From Candidatus Omnitrophota bacterium (lineage in GTDB: Bacteria > Omnitrophota > Gorgyraeia > Zapsychrales > Fredricksoniimonadaceae): 61,073 bases of DNA. The DNA lies in contig PEAR01000001.1 in NCBI GenBank assembly GCA_002753745.1, positions 1 through 61,073 of the forward strand, in the 5' to 3' direction. Shown here piece after piece: positions 57,724-61,073 of the stretch. The position numbers were made by a program, and so were the translations under genes. Numbering within the stretch: position 1 is the first letter of the stretch; every line of letters starts with the position of its first letter. The notes under the pieces were generated by a model. The model was not told the DNA's origin and searched no databases. It saw nothing but the letters and a program-made list of their open reading frames with translations.

Positions 57724-58158
57724 CTAATTCCAGCGCAGCTGGTCGCCGGTCTGAATGCCGCTTTCATCCGCCTGGCCAGCGGCGACTTCAAGGACATACA
57801 GAGCTTTGGACTGCGGTGAGTACACCGGGCAGGGATCTTTTTCACACGGAGGGACACCTAATTCGACGTGAACAACACGTTTATCCTGATCCAGCCAGAC
57901 CATATCGATCGGGAAAGACATGTTCTTCATCCAGAATGAATATTCAGCCGGTTCATCGAAAATGAAGAGCATCCCCTGGTCTTCAGCCAGACTGGCACGA
58001 TACATCAGTCCCTTCTCACGGCCTTCCGGGGTGGACATGACTTCAGACTGAAAACATTTCGTATCCGTGCAGACTTCACGTATCTCTACGGCTGCCGCGA
58101 TTTCGGATCGGCAAATAAAAATACCTGTCAACAATAAAAGTATTGCGACCACTCTCAT
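57724..58158 (-). CDS. DUF192-family exported protein
   Basis: Signal peptide. GMLFIF......FWMKNM.FPIDMVWLD motif. Confidence 0.8.
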   Translation of the reverse strand: MRVVAILLLLTGIFICRSEIAAAVEIREVCTDTKCFQSEVMSTPEGREKGLMYRASLAEDQGMLFIFDEPAEYSFWMKNMSFPIDMVWLDQDKRVVHVELGVPPCEKDPCPVYSPQSKALYVLEVAAGQADESGIQTGDQLRWN

Positions 58159-59525
58159 TTGTCTTTCCCCAATTGTTCACCGGTACTGCGGACATAATCG
58201 CGAAACGTCAGGTCCTGCTTGATCGCCTGGTTAGCCGCGGCCAGGCGCTGATGCACATACGGATGGTCGCGGGCATACATTTTCGGACGGATTGGCTGCT
58301 TCTCATCATACTTTTGCAAAGCTTCCAGCATCCGGATCATCCCCTGCGGATCATACCCGGCGGCTGTCATGTATTTCACCCCCAGAGCGTCTGCCTGCAG
58401 CTCGTCCTGCTGGGAATAATCAAAGAACATCGATTCCGTCGCCATGCTGATACCGCCGGCCAAAGCGCCGTTGGTCGTCATGGCCGCCAGAACCGCCACC
58501 AGGCTGCCGTAGGAAGCCTGAAGCCGCTTAATGCTGTGCCGCGCCGTCACGTGAGCTACTTCGTGCGCAATCACCGCGGCCAACTCATCGTCATCCTTGA
58601 TATAATCCAGCAATCCCTTGTAAACGTAAACATAACCGCCGGGCAAAGAGAACGCATTGACGGTCGGGCCGTTATCTTGCGGTTTTTTTTCTTCCACGAC
58701 CTTGGCAATATAAACGAGCTCTTGACGGTCGCAAACCTGCGCAATCTTCTGCGTTATCCGATCAACCCGTTCATTCAACGCAACATCATCGAGCACTTTT
58801 AATTCCTTTTCCATCCCGGCAGAAACCGAAGCGCCCAATTCCTGCTCCCGCTCCGTTGAATACATGGTCGTTTCCTGATTCCCCGTCGCAGTATTGAAAT
58901 TGCTGGATATGCCGCCGCAACCGTACACAGAGATCATCATCACCAGCATCAGCACATGCACGCCGAATTTCTTAAGCATCTGGGCAAGCTTGGCCACCGG
59001 CAAACCGACCACATTGAAGTAACAGCCTTCGATCCGGGGAATAAAAACCCCTCCCCGGCCCTCGATATCGAATCCCCCGGCCTTATCCAGCGGCGAAACA
59101 TGCTGGTGATAGCGATCAATCTCTTCATCGGTCATCTGGTTCATGAAAACCTTGGTCTTGTCATGATCCACCAAAACCGTCTTGTCTTCGGTATCGATCA
59201 CGGCAAGCCCGGTATAGACCCAATGCGGTTCAGACATCAGCATCTTGAGATTCTTCTTGGCTTCCTTGAGATCTTTAGGCTTGATCACCAGACGGGATTT
59301 GGCATAAACGACCGTATCCGCCCCGATCACGATCGCAGGCTCTTTCATCTGCTCGGCGATATCAATGGCCTTGAGGAGAGCATTATCCTTCACCAGGTCG
59401 GAAACCGTGGTGGTGATCGTGTCCTTTTCCTGCGCCGTCGATCGGCGCACCGTGAACGGGACCTTCAGGAGTTTCATCAGGTTCTTGCGTTGAGGCGACG
59501 CTGAGGCGAGAATGATCTTTTTCAT
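58155..59525 (-). CDS. Maf nucleotide pyrophosphatase fused in frame to a TM/lipoprotein-like segment and an M48 metallopeptidase
   Basis: N-terminus ILASASPQRKNLM...GADTVV...GGFDIEG (Maf). Residues 183-203 are MLKKFGVHVLMLVMMISVYGC. The peptidase part carries HEVAHVTARH (HExxH). Confidence 0.8.
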   Translation of the reverse strand: MKKIILASASPQRKNLMKLLKVPFTVRRSTAQEKDTITTTVSDLVKDNALLKAIDIAEQMKEPAIVIGADTVVYAKSRLVIKPKDLKEAKKNLKMLMSEPHWVYTGLAVIDTEDKTVLVDHDKTKVFMNQMTDEEIDRYHQHVSPLDKAGGFDIEGRGGVFIPRIEGCYFNVVGLPVAKLAQMLKKFGVHVLMLVMMISVYGCGGISSNFNTATGNQETTMYSTEREQELGASVSAGMEKELKVLDDVALNERVDRITQKIAQVCDRQELVYIAKVVEEKKPQDNGPTVNAFSLPGGYVYVYKGLLDYIKDDDELAAVIAHEVAHVTARHSIKRLQASYGSLVAVLAAMTTNGALAGGISMATESMFFDYSQQDELQADALGVKYMTAAGYDPQGMIRMLEALQKYDEKQPIRPKMYARDHPYVHQRLAAANQAIKQDLTFRDYVRSTGEQLGKDK

Positions 59526-60088
59526 CAGGCTTTCAGGAATTCCGCAGCAGTGAATAATGAAACCAGCTCAACCCCGCGGGCGGCCACGGCTTCTTTGGCG
59601 CCGTCCTGACGGTCAATGATGCACACACACGCAACAGGTTTTAACCCGTCCTGGGCCAGGGCATCGATCGAATGGATGAACGCCTTGCCGGTGGTGGCCA
59701 CATCGTCAATCACCACGATCCGGTCGGCCGCGGTAAGCTCGGGACCCTCTACCATCCGGCCCTTGCCGTGGCCTTTAGCTTCCTTGCGAATGATAAACGT
59801 TTTCACGGGCTGTTTCTCCAGAAAGCTGACCGCGCCAATCGCGCCCACCATCGGGTCAGCGCCCAGCGTCGGCCCGCCAATAGCGGTAGGATTCTTGTCT
59901 TTTACCAGCTCCCGCATCAATTTCCCGCAAAGGAAAGCGCCTTCCGCAGACAACGTCACCAGCCGGGCATCCAGATAATAATTGCTCTTCTTCCCCGACG
60001 ATAAGGTAAAATCGCCCTTAAAAAACGCCTGGGTCTTAATGATCTCGAACAACCTTTTTTTACAATCTACAACAGACATATTTAACAT
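59525..60088 (-). CDS. pyrE: orotate phosphoribosyltransferase
   Basis: F.LSSG..S.YY.D and the VVIDDVATTG PRPP-binding motif. Confidence 0.9.
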   Translation of the reverse strand: MLNMSVVDCKKRLFEIIKTQAFFKGDFTLSSGKKSNYYLDARLVTLSAEGAFLCGKLMRELVKDKNPTAIGGPTLGADPMVGAIGAVSFLEKQPVKTFIIRKEAKGHGKGRMVEGPELTAADRIVVIDDVATTGKAFIHSIDALAQDGLKPVACVCIIDRQDGAKEAVAARGVELVSLFTAAEFLKA

Positions 60089-60102
60089 ACCGACTCCACC
60101 AT

Positions 60103-60423
60103 TTAGTTGACAGCCGGAGGGATTTCCAGCTTGCGACGATTGATCTCCATGAGGATCCTTAAGCGATATTTTACCAGATCCTTGTACGTATCATACTCTT
60201 TCGCCGAGAATCCGATCGTCATGTGCAGCATGCGCTGGGCTTCGATCTCGGCGATCGTGTTGATATATGTATCCAAAAGCTTATCGTCCGCTAATGCCGC
60301 GATGCCGGTAACATCCAGGATCTCAAAGCTCACCGGCGGCGCCGTGAAGGCCCTTGCCAGCGAGGATGTTAACAACATTCCCGCGACGAGTATCACCCCT
60401 GCGCTCAAACGAATTGTTTTCAT
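60103..60423 (-). CDS. exported hypothetical protein
   Basis: ATG 60423 follows SD GGAGG. Signal peptide MKTIRLSAGVILVAGMLLTSSLARA. Confidence 0.5.
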   Translation of the reverse strand: MKTIRLSAGVILVAGMLLTSSLARAFTAPPVSFEILDVTGIAALADDKLLDTYINTIAEIEAQRMLHMTIGFSAKEYDTYKDLVKYRLRILMEINRRKLEIPPAVN

Positions 60424-60433
60424 CTTGCCTCCG

Positions 60434-61073
60434 TTAGAATCCGACACCAAGCCGGATCCCGGCTTCGGTCGTCACATTGCTTGGCTCATAACCATACAAA
60501 CATTCCGAACTGGAACAAACAACAGAACCATTGACAGTGACCGGTTTAATATCGGAATTCTCGATATTCCAATACCTCACAAAAGGCTCGGCAAACACGC
60601 TCAGCCGGGTATTAATATCCTTGGAAACTTTCACCGACCCCCGCACCCCAAAGCCTTCCCTCTGGGTGTTTACCAGGGGATCCACGTTTGAATAAACATC
60701 CTCAAGATGACTGGTTTGTTCCCCGCTGAGGAGCTTGTCGTATTCAAGGTTCATCGACAAACCCCAGCCGTCACCAACGTGCGTGCGCAAATCACCGCCG
60801 ACAGGAAGATAAATATACCTGGATTCGCGATTATACCCGCCGGGCGTATATTTTTCAAAACCATCATTCAAATATCTATAGCCAAGCCCCAAATAAGGAA
60901 TCGCTGCCGAGCTGTCATTGATCTTGAAATTCTTGGCCATCAAGCCTCTTAGTTCAAACACCCCATCATGGATCCCGCTGAACGTGCCGCTGCCGGTATA
61001 ATCCACATTGCCGCCAGCCAAGCGCCCCTGAACACGAAATTCATCAACAAACAAAAACTGACTGCTGATCCAC
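60434..61073 (-). CDS. outer-membrane beta-barrel protein, 5' end beyond the window
   Basis: The frame is open to the window edge. Alternating beta-strand pattern. C-terminus ...GIRLGVGF with a terminal Phe. Confidence 0.6.
   Translation of the reverse strand, partial: WISSQFLFVDEFRVQGRLAGGNVDYTGSGTFSGIHDGVFELRGLMAKNFKINDSSAAIPYLGLGYRYLNDGFEKYTPGGYNRESRYIYLPVGGDLRTHVGDGWGLSMNLEYDKLLSGEQTSHLEDVYSNVDPLVNTQREGFGVRGSVKVSKDINTRLSVFAEPFVRYWNIENSDIKPVTVNGSVVCSSSECLYGYEPSNVTTEAGIRLGVGF

Overview
A 61 kb bacterial window; the taxon cannot be assigned from sequence alone. About 31 kb (2.5-33.8 kb) is one co-directional minus-strand supercluster for sulfur amino-acid metabolism. It holds two metY paralogs, cysK, a CBS-type enzyme, a cystathionine gamma-synthase/lyase, metX/metW, metNIQ, two APC permeases, a NifS cluster, ThiF plus a ThiI-like PP-loop protein, pdxJ, and four Rrf2 regulators. 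The rest holds a truncated transposase, an XRE/serine-recombinase module abutting the 3' end of ssrA (tmRNA) with smpB, tRNA-Leu(CAG), an AlbA_2/Schlafen-type gene, a receiver/actin-like operon, the PDH complex (aceE-aceF-lpd), a Maf-M48 fusion, pyrE and outer-membrane proteins. Four things stand out. (1) Three large signal-peptide proteins (1744, 1033, 1415 aa) share a ~315 aa N-module and a ~60-70 aa GGIDL C-module, but carry unrelated central cargo. The cargo is CysE plus a Cys/Met PLP enzyme in the first, an S1 protease in the second, and ~1000 aa of unknown sequence in the third. (2) A 156-164 aa protein is about one third Met and one tenth Cys, and sits divergent from an Rrf2 gene. (3) A leader RNA motif (small CCAG/CUGG hairpin fused to an intrinsic terminator) recurs three times in front of sulfur genes and shows compensatory changes; I could not match it to a known riboswitch class. 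(4) Two tandem actin-like genes overlap by 85 nt, with dnaX-type A_AAA_AAG slippery sites. All functional calls rest on motif recognition by eye; no database search was run.
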